Below, in pieces: positions 29,606 through 39,315 of a stretch of DNA of 64,000 bases. The first letter of the stretch is position 1; each line of letters starts with the position of its first letter. The stretch covers positions 288,001-352,000 of the forward strand of contig CAVXGK010000001.1 of the NCBI GenBank assembly GCA_963761305.1, written 5' to 3'. The notes beneath the pieces were generated by a model. That model worked only from the letters and a program-made list of their open reading frames with translations. It had not been told where the DNA came from and did no database searches. The stretch is from an uncultured Gemmatimonadaceae bacterium. Its GTDB lineage: Bacteria; Gemmatimonadota; Gemmatimonadetes; Gemmatimonadales; Gemmatimonadaceae. Both the position numbers and the translations under genes were made by a program.

Positions 29606-30313
29606 ATGACGCTCGAAGAGAATCTCCCGAGCAACACGCAAGGCGCCGGGCACGAGCGCGCGAGCCGGTTCGTCCTCTCAGGCGACCTGGTCGCGGCCGT
29701 GACACACGACCTTCGCCAACCGCTCACCGCGATCGAGATGAATGTCTCGGCGGCGATGCAACTCCTTCGCCGCCCCGACGCGGCGATCAACGACGTGCTC
29801 GACGCCCTCGGCGGCGCCCTCGATCAAGAACATCGAATGCGCGACGCCGTCCAGGTGTTGCAGGATCTCGCGACCCGGCGTGAGCCGCGACGCGAAGCCT
29901 GCGATCTCGTCGCCGCCGTGCGCGAGACGTTGGCGCTCGTATTGAGCGACGCCCTCGTGCGACACGTGGCGGTGGAGCTGGACATCGAGCCCGACTTGCC
30001 CGCGGTCGCCGGCGACGGATTGTTCATCCGCCAGGCGTTGCTCAACGTCCTCGTCGGCGCGCTCGAGACGATGCCCGCCGTCGGCACCGCTCATGGCGGC
30101 GGGACGATCCTCATCGGCGTGCGCCGCGTCGGCAACGCCGCCGAAGTGGTGATGAAGTCGCCGGCGTTGCCCGCCGCGAGCGACGACGTCGCCGATTGGG
30201 AACTCTCGCTGGCGCGGTCCGTCGTGGCGATTCACGGCGGCGCGCTCTCCGTGCAACCTCTGGCCGACGGCGGCGCAGTCGTCATCACGACGTGGCCGCT
30301 CCATGCAACGTGA
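29606..30313 (+). CDS. Sensor-less histidine-kinase-like protein with intact H-box and degenerate ATP-binding domain
   Basis: VTHDLRQPLTAI; QALLNVLVGALE (second N-box Asn absent); no DxGxG or GxGLGL (WELSLARSVVAIHGG). Confidence 0.8.
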   Translation: MTLEENLPSNTQGAGHERASRFVLSGDLVAAVTHDLRQPLTAIEMNVSAAMQLLRRPDAAINDVLDALGGALDQEHRMRDAVQVLQDLATRREPRREACDLVAAVRETLALVLSDALVRHVAVELDIEPDLPAVAGDGLFIRQALLNVLVGALETMPAVGTAHGGGTILIGVRRVGNAAEVVMKSPALPAASDDVADWELSLARSVVAIHGGALSVQPLADGGAVVITTWPLHAT

Positions 30314-31088
30314 CCCGATGCTCGTCGCCGTCATCGACGACGACGAGGCGACCTGTCAGGCGGTGGCGCGACTCCTCGTCGCGACCGGACATCGCGTGCG
30401 GACGTTTACCAACGCGCGCGAATACCTCGAGGATCTCGACGCCGCCGCGCCGGCCTGCATCCTCGTCGATATCCGCATGCCCGACGTGGACGGACTCACG
30501 CTCGTCCGCTCGCTGCGCGACGGCGGCATCGAAGCGCCGACCATCTTCATGACGGCGAGCGGGCATGTCCCGACGGCCGTCGAAGCGATGAAGGAAGGCG
30601 CGATCGATCTGCTCGCGAAACCGTTCTCGGCCGAGGAGCTCGCCGGCGCCATGACGCGCGCGGCCGCGTCGTCGGAGCGCGTGCTCGAGGACCGGCGTGC
30701 GCTGGCCTCGCGCTGGCGGCTGCTCGAGCGCGTGACGCCGCGCGAAGCCGAAGTGTGCGCGTTCGTCTCCGGCGGCCTGCCGAACAAGTCGGTGGCGGTG
30801 CGCATCGGGACGACTGAGAAGACTGTGAAGGTGCATCGCAGCCGCGTGATGCAGAAGCTGCACGCCACGTCGCTCGCGGCGCTGGTGCGATTCGTCGACG
30901 CGCTGCTCGCCGATCGCGATCGCCATATTCTGCGGCTCGACGGGCTGGAGATCGCTCGCCCTCGCGCCGCCGACATCATCATCGCCGTCACGACCCGCGA
31001 GCGAGCCAGCGCCGCAGCGGCGAACGTCCCGTTGGTCCTAGAAGCACCGGACGAGCCCGTAGACCATCGGACAATGCCTCGCGTGTAG
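30303..31088 (+). CDS. FixJ/StyR-type (LuxR HTH) response regulator with C-terminal extension (start 30303 or 30318)
   Basis: VAVIDDD, CILVDIRMPDVDG, AVEAMKEGAIDLLAKP, TPREAEV...NKSVA..IGTTEKTVKVHRSRVMQKL. Confidence 0.9.
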   Translation: MQRDPMLVAVIDDDEATCQAVARLLVATGHRVRTFTNAREYLEDLDAAAPACILVDIRMPDVDGLTLVRSLRDGGIEAPTIFMTASGHVPTAVEAMKEGAIDLLAKPFSAEELAGAMTRAAASSERVLEDRRALASRWRLLERVTPREAEVCAFVSGGLPNKSVAVRIGTTEKTVKVHRSRVMQKLHATSLAALVRFVDALLADRDRHILRLDGLEIARPRAADIIIAVTTRERASAAAANVPLVLEAPDEPVDHRTMPRV

Positions 31089-31131
31089 TAAGAAGTCGTA
31101 GGATGGCAGAGGACCCACTCGGAAGGGACGG

Positions 31132-32382
31132 ATGCAGCTCGATACGCACGCCTCATGGCCGCTTCCCGCCGCGGAGCTACGTCCCGCGCTCGAGCTGGCG
31201 TTGGCGCTCGCGCACGCGGACATGACCGTACTCCTGCTCCACGACGAATCGGTCGGAGCGCTGGTTCCCGCCGCCGCCTTCGGCCTCGACGATGAACACG
31301 CCGCGTTGATCGGCGCGCACCGGTTCGGCGCCGACGACTTCAGCGCCGCGCTCTCAGAGCATCGCCGCATCGTCGTGCGCGACGCATGGCAGAACGACGG
31401 CTCATTCGCCCCCCTCGCGCACGCCCTCGGCTTCCGCGCGATCGAGATCGTCCCGCTCTTCGGCGGCGACGGCCAGATGATCGGCGAGCTCGTGATGATG
31501 TTCCGCCGCGCGCGGAGCACGAGCAAGCGCATGGTGAAATTGGTCGAGCACTGCGCCAGCCTGGTCGTCGTCGCGGTGAGTCAAGCGCGCCGCCGAGCCG
31601 AGGCCGAACGCGCGCGCGAGACCACCGAACAGGCCGGGCGCGCCAAGATCCAGTTCTTCGCCCGCATGAGCCACGAGCTGCGCACGCCGCTGCAGTCCAT
31701 CGCCGGCTACATCGACCTGCTGCGCGTCGGCGTGGCCGATCCGCCGACGCCCGAACAGGCGCGACTGCTCGCCCGCGTCCACGACAGCGAAGAAGTCCTG
31801 GTGCACGTCATCGACGACTTGATCACGTTCTCGCGGCTCGAGGCGGGACACGTGTCGTACCAGATCGCTCCCGTGCCGGCCGGCGAGGCGATTCGCATCG
31901 CCCACTCCGTCGTCGCCCCGCTCGCCGCCAGCCACGGCGTCACACTGGAGATGACCAGCAGTCCGGGCCTCTTCGTCGCCGCCGACGGCGACAAGCTGAA
32001 ACAGATTCTCGTGAATCTCGCCGCGAACGCGGTGAAATTCTGCGGCGACGGGGGCATCGTCCGCATCTCGTGTCAGGACGACGGCGCCAACGTGCGATTC
32101 GACGTGACGGACAACGGCCCGGGCATCCCGGGCGACCGCCTGCGTGACATTTTCGAGCCGTACGTCCAGCTCTCCACGCCGCTCGAGGGATTCGGCGGAA
32201 CGGGTCTCGGCCTCGCGATCAGCCGCGAGTTCGCCGCCGGGATGCACGGGCAGCTCAGCGTGGCGAGCAACCTCGGACGCGGGTCGGTGTTCACGCTGCG
32301 CGTGCCGACGGCGGTGGTGGAGGTCGCGACAACCACGCAAACGTCGGCCAGCACCTTGGCCGACAGCGCGCCGGCCGCGTAG
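31132..32382 (+). CDS. Cytoplasmic GAF-domain sensor histidine kinase
   Basis: GAF-like N-terminus; MSHELRTPL, QILVNLAANAVKF, DNGPGI, GGTGLGLAIS. Confidence 0.92.
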   Translation: MQLDTHASWPLPAAELRPALELALALAHADMTVLLLHDESVGALVPAAAFGLDDEHAALIGAHRFGADDFSAALSEHRRIVVRDAWQNDGSFAPLAHALGFRAIEIVPLFGGDGQMIGELVMMFRRARSTSKRMVKLVEHCASLVVVAVSQARRRAEAERARETTEQAGRAKIQFFARMSHELRTPLQSIAGYIDLLRVGVADPPTPEQARLLARVHDSEEVLVHVIDDLITFSRLEAGHVSYQIAPVPAGEAIRIAHSVVAPLAASHGVTLEMTSSPGLFVAADGDKLKQILVNLAANAVKFCGDGGIVRISCQDDGANVRFDVTDNGPGIPGDRLRDIFEPYVQLSTPLEGFGGTGLGLAISREFAAGMHGQLSVASNLGRGSVFTLRVPTAVVEVATTTQTSASTLADSAPAA

Positions 32383-32388
32383 CGACTC

Positions 32389-32808
32389 GTGCACGATCTC
32401 GACCTTCCGACGCGTCGTCGTTCGCTCTGCACCGTCCTGGTGGTGGACGACGACGACGGCTGCCGCCTCGCCGAGCGCGTGGTGCTGGAGCACTATGGCT
32501 TCGTGGTGCGCGAGGCGAGCCGGGGGCTCGACGCGCTCGCGCTCGCTCAGATGAGCCGGCCACACGTCGTCCTTCTCGATATGGTATTGCCGGAGATCGA
32601 CGGGTCGCAGCTCGCCCGTATGCTTCGCTCGGATCCGGCCCTGCGACACTCGGCGCTCGTCGCCGTCTCGGCGTCCAACGGGAGCGGAGAACGCCAACGC
32701 GCGATGGATGCCGGATGCGATGAATTTCTTTACAAGCCGATCACGCCTGCGTCGCTCGCAAACGTCATCATCCGGCACGCGCGACATCCGCACCACGTAC
32801 GACTTTGA
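32389..32808 (+). CDS. Single-domain response regulator
   Basis: VLVVDDD, VVLLDMVLPEIDG, VAVSA, AGCDEFLYKP. Confidence 0.88.
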   Translation: MHDLDLPTRRRSLCTVLVVDDDDGCRLAERVVLEHYGFVVREASRGLDALALAQMSRPHVVLLDMVLPEIDGSQLARMLRSDPALRHSALVAVSASNGSGERQRAMDAGCDEFLYKPITPASLANVIIRHARHPHHVRL

Positions 32809-32870
32809 TCCTATGTCGCCGACGACCTGTGCGGGGCAACTATGCCATCCGCACGAACCCCCTCCTCAAA

Positions 32871-33320
32871 ATGTCTCTTCCTCTTCGGCAGTCCGATCTC
32901 GCGCGTCAGAGCTTCCTCAGCGCGACCAACATGCTTCCTCCCGTCGTCCTGGTAGTGGACGATCATGAGGAAAGTCGCACCATCGCTCGCCTGGTGCTCG
33001 AGCGCGCTGGGTTCCGCGTGGCCGAGGCCTCCACGGGGTCCGAGGGTCTGCGGCTCGCCGGGTCGTTGCGGCCGGCGGCGGTCCTGCTCGACCTGATCAT
33101 GCCGGGGCTCGACGGGTGGGAGCTGGCGCGCCAGCTCCATACCAACCCCGTGACGTCCCGCGCCGCGATCATCGCGCTCACCGCGCTGGCCACGCCCGAG
33201 GATCACGATCGTGCGCTGCTGGCCGGCTGCGACGCGGTGCTCACGAAGCCCGTGCGGCCGATCCGGATCGTCGAAACGGTCCAGGAATTCGTCGGCCCCA
33301 GCGCGGTCATTCGAATCTGA
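32871..33320 (+). CDS. Single-domain response regulator (DivK-like; start 32871 or 32931)
   Basis: VLVVDD, VLLDLIMPGLDGWE, IIALTA, AGCDAVLTKP. Confidence 0.88.
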   Translation: MSLPLRQSDLARQSFLSATNMLPPVVLVVDDHEESRTIARLVLERAGFRVAEASTGSEGLRLAGSLRPAAVLLDLIMPGLDGWELARQLHTNPVTSRAAIIALTALATPEDHDRALLAGCDAVLTKPVRPIRIVETVQEFVGPSAVIRI

Positions 33321-33377
33321 CCTGCGCCGGTTTTGGGGTACGGCCGGTCGGCGACGGCCGACGCCGACCCCTGACCG

Positions 33378-34058
33378 CTAGCTGAAGGCCGAGAGCTGCT
33401 CCACGCGAGGCGCCGTTTCTTCGGGCGCCTCTCCCTTGAGCAGGTCGAACATCCGGACCAGATCCGCGACGGATTCCGCCTGCATCTTCGTCATCACGCG
33501 CGCACGGTGGACCTTGATGGTCTTTTCCGTCGTGCCGAGCGCCGCGGCGATCTGCTTGTTGAGCCGGCCCGCCGCCACCCAGGAAAACACTTCGTGCTCG
33601 CGGCGGGTGAGTCTGCTGGCGCGCGATCGAAGTTCCGTAACGAGAGCTTCACGTTGCCACTGCTGCCGCGCGGCGTCCGCCGCGCGCCCGAGTGAGGCGA
33701 GGAGTACTGGCTCGTCGCACGGCTTCTCGAGAAAATCCAACGCGCCGGCGCGAATCGCACGCACCGAGGTCGACACGTCGCCGTGCCCCGAGAGAAACAC
33801 CGTCGGAATCTTGATGCCTCGCTCGGTGAGCATCGACTGCAGCGTCAGGCCGTCGGTGCCGGGCATGCGGAGATCGACCAGCAACATCTGCGGCTGCCAC
33901 CGTTCGAGCGACGAGAGGAACGCCGTGGCCGAGGGGAATGTCGTGACGTCGTAGCCGCACATCGACAGCATGCGCGACAACGACCGCAAGACCGTGGCAT
34001 CGTCGTCCACGAGCGCGATCTGCCACCGAGGATCGGGACTCTTCGGAATTGCTAGCAT
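33378..34058 (-). CDS. FixJ/StyR-type (LuxR HTH) response regulator
   Basis: IALVDDD, LLVDLRMPGTDG, FLSGHGD, GALDFLEKP, LTRREHEV...LNKQIA..LGTTEKTIKVHRARVMTKM. Confidence 0.93.
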   Translation of the reverse strand: MLAIPKSPDPRWQIALVDDDATVLRSLSRMLSMCGYDVTTFPSATAFLSSLERWQPQMLLVDLRMPGTDGLTLQSMLTERGIKIPTVFLSGHGDVSTSVRAIRAGALDFLEKPCDEPVLLASLGRAADAARQQWQREALVTELRSRASRLTRREHEVFSWVAAGRLNKQIAAALGTTEKTIKVHRARVMTKMQAESVADLVRMFDLLKGEAPEETAPRVEQLSAFS

Positions 34059-34068
34059 GACTGTTCCA

Positions 34069-35247
34069 CTAACAAGCAGGCAAAGTCACCCGGAATGCGG
34101 CACCGCGTTCCTCTGGTGTTTCGAGAAGCACCTGGCCACCATGCGCCTGGACGATCGCGCGAACGATCGCCAGGCCAAGCCCCGTGCCTTGACGCTTGGT
34201 CGTAACAAACGGCTCAAAAACCCGATCGCGCAAGGGCTCCGGAATGCCAAGTCCGGTGTCGTGGACCCGAATTTCGACTTCTGTCTCGGTTACGCGACGG
34301 GTCGTTACGACCACGTTACGCGCGTCCTGGGGTTGCTCGCTCACGGCTTCGATCGCGTTGAGCAGAAGGTTCATCAACACCTGCTCGAGCTGCGCGCGGC
34401 CCCCCACGACCGCCCCCGCCCCCGGATCGAGGTTCAGCTCGACGGACACTTGCCGAATGACGAAGTCACTCTTGAGAAGGCGTACGACCCCGGAAACGAT
34501 TTCGTTGACGCCGATCGTTTCGAGGATCGGATCGTCATGGCGCACGATGGCTCGCGTTCGCTTCATCACGTCCGCCGCGCGCGACGCCGCGTCGAGAATG
34601 TCGCGTGCGATCGGCTTAAGCTGGTCGTCGTCGGGCCTGCCGTTCAACAAACGATGAATCGTGGACGCGGCCGTCATGATCACCGTCAGCGGTTGATTCA
34701 GATCGTGGGCGATCGCCGTCGCCAACTCGCCGAGCGTCGCCAACCGCTGCATGTGCGTGAGGTCGTCGAGACGCCGGCGCGTCATGGACTCGGTCACCAC
34801 GAACTCGGTGATGTCGTCGTGCGTGATCAGCACGCCGTGTGTCGGCGGCTCGAGTCGGAGCGCGCGCAAACGGAACCACCGTTCGTCCGAATCGCGCGGC
34901 GCGGCGCAACAGTAGTCCAGCAGGAACTCGTCGGCGGTGCCGCGCAGCACACCGGCGATCCCCGAGGCGGCCTCGGCCGCCGACGCGTCGCCCCGCTCGC
35001 CCGCCCACCGCGCGACATCCAAATAGTTGGTGCCGATGAACGCGTCCTCGCGGCCGACACTCTCGGCGAGCTCGGCCCACCGCTGATTCACTTCCACGAT
35101 GACGCCGGTCCGATCGACCACCACCGCCGTCGCCGGGATCGAGTTCCACACGGCGCGGTGGATTTCGTGCGCCGAGCCGCGCGTGCGAGGCGCGATCTCC
35201 CAGATGCGGGGGCCGGCGTCGTCGGCCGCGTCTCTTCCGCCGGCCAT
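34069..35247 (-). CDS. Cytoplasmic PAS-domain histidine kinase (FixL/NtrB-type core)
   Basis: AVVVDRTGVIVEVNQRW...IGTNYLDV PAS; IAHDLNQPL, QVLMNLLLNAIEA, DTGLGI, FEPFVTTK.QGTGLGL. Confidence 0.92.
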   Translation of the reverse strand: MAGGRDAADDAGPRIWEIAPRTRGSAHEIHRAVWNSIPATAVVVDRTGVIVEVNQRWAELAESVGREDAFIGTNYLDVARWAGERGDASAAEAASGIAGVLRGTADEFLLDYCCAAPRDSDERWFRLRALRLEPPTHGVLITHDDITEFVVTESMTRRRLDDLTHMQRLATLGELATAIAHDLNQPLTVIMTAASTIHRLLNGRPDDDQLKPIARDILDAASRAADVMKRTRAIVRHDDPILETIGVNEIVSGVVRLLKSDFVIRQVSVELNLDPGAGAVVGGRAQLEQVLMNLLLNAIEAVSEQPQDARNVVVTTRRVTETEVEIRVHDTGLGIPEPLRDRVFEPFVTTKRQGTGLGLAIVRAIVQAHGGQVLLETPEERGAAFRVTLPAC

Positions 35248-35453
35248 CGTGCGCAGCCCACCCCGTACAGTCCATTGGACCGCACCAAGGGCGCCGACCG
35301 CGTTTGGATGTTCGACACCAAGTCCGCGCATTGGGCACCGAAAGGTCCCCGCTTCGCGCTTCGGCCGTCTCCGGCAGAAGCCGCGCCCGGGGTGGGGCCG
35401 CAATATTATGATACAGTTCCCCGACGGCCTAGAGTCCCCCTCTCGGCGGCATG

Positions 35454-35476
35454 TTGGACGTTGGTCCAATGGTCAA
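35454..35476. promoter_or_regulatory. Best-match palindromic box upstream of the kinase-regulator operon
   Basis: TTGGAC-GTTG-GTCCAA (35454-35469) with overlapping TTGGTCCAATGGTCAA (35461-35476); AT-rich -10-like segment at 35402-35414 on the minus strand. Confidence 0.65.
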
Positions 35477-35581
35477 TGGTTCACCATAAGCCGTATCCCG
35501 TCGGTCACGGCAGAACCACGAGCGACCCCGGGGCCGTCGCGGCAGGCTTCCGCGGTCGCTGAAGTCGCTCGAGAAAGCGGA

Positions 35582-36319
35582 TCACGGAGCGGTTGGCACC
35601 GCCGATCGTGACGGAGCCGTCAGAAACGGCGACAGCGCGAACATCTGGTCGATGGCGGTCGCGGCGCGAGCCGACGTGACGCCGCCGCTGAGCATGCCCG
35701 TCGCGACGCCCGCCCACGCCGACGTGACCGTCTTCGGCGTCGGGTCGATGCTCGACGTCGGAATAAGGTCGACGATCAGCGTACCACGAGCATATGAAGT
35801 CGTGCCGATCAGCGGAAACCAGGGATAGGCGATGCCCCACGCGGTCGTGAATCGCGGGGTGAAGAAGCTCCAACCGGAATAGAAGCCCCAGAACGTGAAC
35901 CACGAGTAGCCGACCCACGCGTTGTAATTCGACGTCGCCGTCACACCGACGAGGACGACGAAGTCGGGCCTCGCCGCGACCGGGTTGGCAACCTGCGTGT
36001 AGCCGCGGTTGAGCAGATCCTGGCGAACCTGATTCAGAATCGTTTGATCGAACATTCGCGACACGTCCTGCGGCGTTCCCGTCAACGGGAAAAGGTGCAC
36101 GATCGTATCCGGCATCGCGAACGAATGCAGCGTCGTGAAGTCGAACGTCGTATCATCGAACGTCGTCACGATCCCGTTGCCGTTCGGCACGATCAGGTTT
36201 GTGACGCCGGTGTCGTTGGTGCATGCACCGATACCGGCCAATGCGGCAATGGCGATGGCCATCGACACAACGCGCCGCGCTGTACTCGTACGCTGCCGGG
36301 TCACATGTGCCTCGATCAT
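35582..36319 (-). CDS. DUF4136-family lipoprotein
   Basis: Lipobox IGAC; DFTTLHSFAMPDT, aromatic-rich W/Y/G stretch, YARGTLIVDL, AWAGV, AIDQMFALSPFL. Confidence 0.85.
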   Translation of the reverse strand: MIEAHVTRQRTSTARRVVSMAIAIAALAGIGACTNDTGVTNLIVPNGNGIVTTFDDTTFDFTTLHSFAMPDTIVHLFPLTGTPQDVSRMFDQTILNQVRQDLLNRGYTQVANPVAARPDFVVLVGVTATSNYNAWVGYSWFTFWGFYSGWSFFTPRFTTAWGIAYPWFPLIGTTSYARGTLIVDLIPTSSIDPTPKTVTSAWAGVATGMLSGGVTSARAATAIDQMFALSPFLTAPSRSAVPTAP

Positions 36320-36414
36320 ACGTCCTCCAGAGCCCCTGCCCTATCGTTGGGTGACTCACGCGCCGCCTCGGGCACGCGTCCTCCCATGATGTGGACGAGC
36401 CTCGACGTCCCGTA

Positions 36415-36510
36415 TTGGCTGATGGCCCGTTGGCCTTTGTTCAATCAGCGGGCGCGGCTCCGCCGGCGTTCCCGAAACGCGGATGTGGTCGGTAGTGGAC
36501 TAAGGTCCAC
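36415..36510. promoter_or_regulatory. Cluster of palindromic boxes in the divergent DUF4136/MASE1-kinase region
   Basis: A-GTGGAC-TAAG-GTCCAC-T (36494-36511); weaker TTGGCTGATGGCCCGT (36415) and GTTGGCCTTTGTTCAA (36429); candidate TCGACT-18-TATACC promoter directly downstream. Confidence 0.6.
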
Positions 36511-36573
36511 TGTGTCGACTCGCGGTGCTCCCGCACGCTATACCGCGTTCGAGCAGCGTGGCCTCAAGCACGC

Positions 36574-39204
36574 ATGAACAACTCTGGAGAGGGGAGCGCT
36601 TTGTTCCGTGCGCGTCGCTGGCACCCGGCCGGGGCCGCCGTCGCGACGGCGATCGCGTATTACATCGGCGCGAATATCGGACTGGCGCTCAAACCGAGCG
36701 GCGACCCGATCTCCACGCTGTGGCCGCCGAACGCCATCCTCCTCGGCGCGTTGCTGCTCGCGCCCTCCGGCTCGTGGGCCGCGATCATTCTCGCGACGCT
36801 CCCCGCGCATCTCCTCGTCCAGCTACAAGGCGGCGTTCCGCTGCCGATGGCTTTCTCGTGGTACGTGAGCAACTGCGCCGAGGCGCTCATCGGCGCGGCG
36901 TGCATCCGCTACACCATCATGCGCCCCGTCCGCTTCGACAGCGTGCGGCGGGTCGCGATCTTCGTCGGATTCGGAGCGCTCCTCGCACCGTTCCTCTCGT
37001 CGTTCCTCGACATCGCCTTCGTCGAGTGGAACGGCTGGCAGACCGCCGGTACCGATTTCTGGTCGCTCTGGCGCACACGCTTCTTCTCGGACGTGCTCGC
37101 CATCCTCACGATCGTTCCGATCATCCTGCAGCTCGACCGGGACACGTGGAAGACGCTTCGAGCCATGCCAAGGCGTCGGTTCGTCGAAGCCGCGCTCATG
37201 GGCGCCAGCTTGTTGGTGGTGTGCGCCATCGCGCTGGGGCGCGAGCCGTCGGCCCCGCTCACAGCCCCCGTGCTGCTCTGCATTCCACTGCCGTTCTTGC
37301 TCTGGTCGGCGGTGCGTTTCGGCCCGGGCGGAGCGAGCGCGTGTCTGTTCACGTTCTCGGTTCTGTCCATCTGGGGCGCCATCAACGGCCGAGGACCCTT
37401 CGTCGCGCCGCCCGACCCGGACGACATTCTGTCGCTCCAACTGTTCCTGATCGTCACGTACATCCCCATCATGGTGCTCGCGGCGGTCTTCTGCGAACGC
37501 GAACGCGCCGAATCGTTGGCCCGCCGCAACGAAGAACGCCTCCACTTGGTGCTCGACTCCGCGCAGATGGGCACCTGGGATCTCGACATCTCGTCCGGCC
37601 GCACGACTCTCTCCGTTCGCTCACGCGAGATCTTCGGCCTGTCGCATTCGCCGTTGGAGGTCGGCTGGTCGACGTTCACCGCATCGCTCGACGACGCCGA
37701 GCGTGCGCGCGTCGAAGCGGCGACGTCTCGCGCCATCGAATTCGACGAGCCGTTCGAAGTCGAGGCGCGGGTCGAGCTGCCCTCGGCCATCACACGCTGG
37801 GTGCTGAGCAAGGGCCGCGTCGTTCGCGACGACTCCGGGCGGCCCGTGCGCATGCTCGGCATTCACGTGGACGTCACCGAGCGCAGACAAGCCGAAGCCG
37901 CGTTGCGCGAAGAGGCCACGCTCCGCGCGCTGAGCGAAGAGCTCGAGCAGCGAGTCGCCGAACGCACGGCCGAGCTCTCGCTCGTCAACCGTGTGTTGCT
38001 CGAGGAGATCGACGTGCGCGAGCGGATCGGACGCGCGCTGCGCGCTTCCGAGGAGCGTTTTGCCAAGGCATTCCGCGCCAGCCCGGACGCCATCTCCATC
38101 ATCCGGCGATCCGACGCGCGCATCATCGAGGTCAACGAGCGCTGGGTCGCGATGTTCGGCTTCGCTCGCGAGGAGGCGATCGGGCAAACGCTTCCCGCAC
38201 TCGGCATCTCGCCGCGTGATCCGCATCGCGATGGACTCGGAATGCTCTCCACGGCGCAAGGGTCGATGCGCGACGCCGAAGTCGAGCTGCGCAACCGGCG
38301 CGGCGAGATGCTGTACGCGCTCGTGACGTCCGAAACCGTCGAGGTCGCCGGCGAGCAGTGCCTGATCACGATGGTCAGAGACGTCACCGAGCGGCGCCGC
38401 GCCGAGCACGAAGTCGTCGAGCAGCGTCGACAGCTGGCGCACCTCGGGCGTGTCGCGCTGCTCGGCGAGCTCTCTGGAGCCCTCGCCCACGAGTTGAATC
38501 AGCCGCTCGCCGCGATTCTCGCCAACGCGCGCGCCGGCCAGCGCATGCTCTTCCGCGACGAGCTGGATCGCGTCGAGCTGAGCCGCATCCTCGAAGACAT
38601 CGCCGCCGACGACCGGCGCGCCGGCAGCGTCATCCACCGCGTGCGCGCGATGCTGCGACAGGGCGAGACCGAACCGCAGCGCGTCGTGGCGAACGACCTC
38701 ATTGCCGAGGTGCTCGACCTGGCGCACAGCGATCTCATTTCGCGCAGCGTGTTGGTGACCACGCGACTCGATCCGTCACTCCCGTCGGTGGCCGCCGATC
38801 GCGTGCAACTGCAGCAGGTGTTGCTCAATCTGATCGTCAATGCGTGCGACGCGATGGGAGAGAACGCAGCGACCGATCGCCGGATCTGGATCGCCACCGC
38901 GAACGAAGGCGCGGCGATCCGCGTGTCGGTCTCCGACTGCGGCGCCGGGATCAGCCGCCACCCGGTCGATTCCGTCTTCGAGCCGTTCGTCACGTCCAAG
39001 CCGCACGGGCTGGGACTCGGCCTTTCGATCTGTCGCTCGATCGTCGACGGCCACGGCGGCCGTATGTGGGCCGCGAACAACGAGGATCGCGGCGCGACGT
39101 TCACTTTCCTGCTCCCGCGCACCGAAGTCGCGCTCGAGGTGCCGCCCGTCTGGCGTTCGCCAGAGTTCTCGCACGGGCGCGCCGAGAACCCGGCGCGGAA
39201 CTGA
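36574..39204 (+). CDS. MASE1-PAS-PAS membrane sensor histidine kinase
   Basis: LWPPNAILLGALL MASE1 with about 9 TMs; two PAS domains (MGTWDLD..., FAKAFRASPDAISI); LAHELNQPL, LLNLIVNACDAM, GLGLGLSIC. Confidence 0.93.
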   Translation: MNNSGEGSALFRARRWHPAGAAVATAIAYYIGANIGLALKPSGDPISTLWPPNAILLGALLLAPSGSWAAIILATLPAHLLVQLQGGVPLPMAFSWYVSNCAEALIGAACIRYTIMRPVRFDSVRRVAIFVGFGALLAPFLSSFLDIAFVEWNGWQTAGTDFWSLWRTRFFSDVLAILTIVPIILQLDRDTWKTLRAMPRRRFVEAALMGASLLVVCAIALGREPSAPLTAPVLLCIPLPFLLWSAVRFGPGGASACLFTFSVLSIWGAINGRGPFVAPPDPDDILSLQLFLIVTYIPIMVLAAVFCERERAESLARRNEERLHLVLDSAQMGTWDLDISSGRTTLSVRSREIFGLSHSPLEVGWSTFTASLDDAERARVEAATSRAIEFDEPFEVEARVELPSAITRWVLSKGRVVRDDSGRPVRMLGIHVDVTERRQAEAALREEATLRALSEELEQRVAERTAELSLVNRVLLEEIDVRERIGRALRASEERFAKAFRASPDAISIIRRSDARIIEVNERWVAMFGFAREEAIGQTLPALGISPRDPHRDGLGMLSTAQGSMRDAEVELRNRRGEMLYALVTSETVEVAGEQCLITMVRDVTERRRAEHEVVEQRRQLAHLGRVALLGELSGALAHELNQPLAAILANARAGQRMLFRDELDRVELSRILEDIAADDRRAGSVIHRVRAMLRQGETEPQRVVANDLIAEVLDLAHSDLISRSVLVTTRLDPSLPSVAADRVQLQQVLLNLIVNACDAMGENAATDRRIWIATANEGAAIRVSVSDCGAGISRHPVDSVFEPFVTSKPHGLGLGLSICRSIVDGHGGRMWAANNEDRGATFTFLLPRTEVALEVPPVWRSPEFSHGRAENPARN

Positions 39205-39315
39205 GACGGCATCGCTGGTTCCGGTCGAGGTCGTCTGTATCATTGTATTCCACGTGCTCCCTGCGCCGCGGTCCCGGAGATAGGATCTCGCGTCTCATCG
39301 CAGCGAGCGGTTTCC

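Noticed and set aside
31025..31074. Extra regulon boxes in the 3' end of the first FixJ-type gene
   Set aside because: Only half-site matches (GGTCCTA, GTAGAC...GGACAA) inside coding sequence; too weak to count without a PWM.
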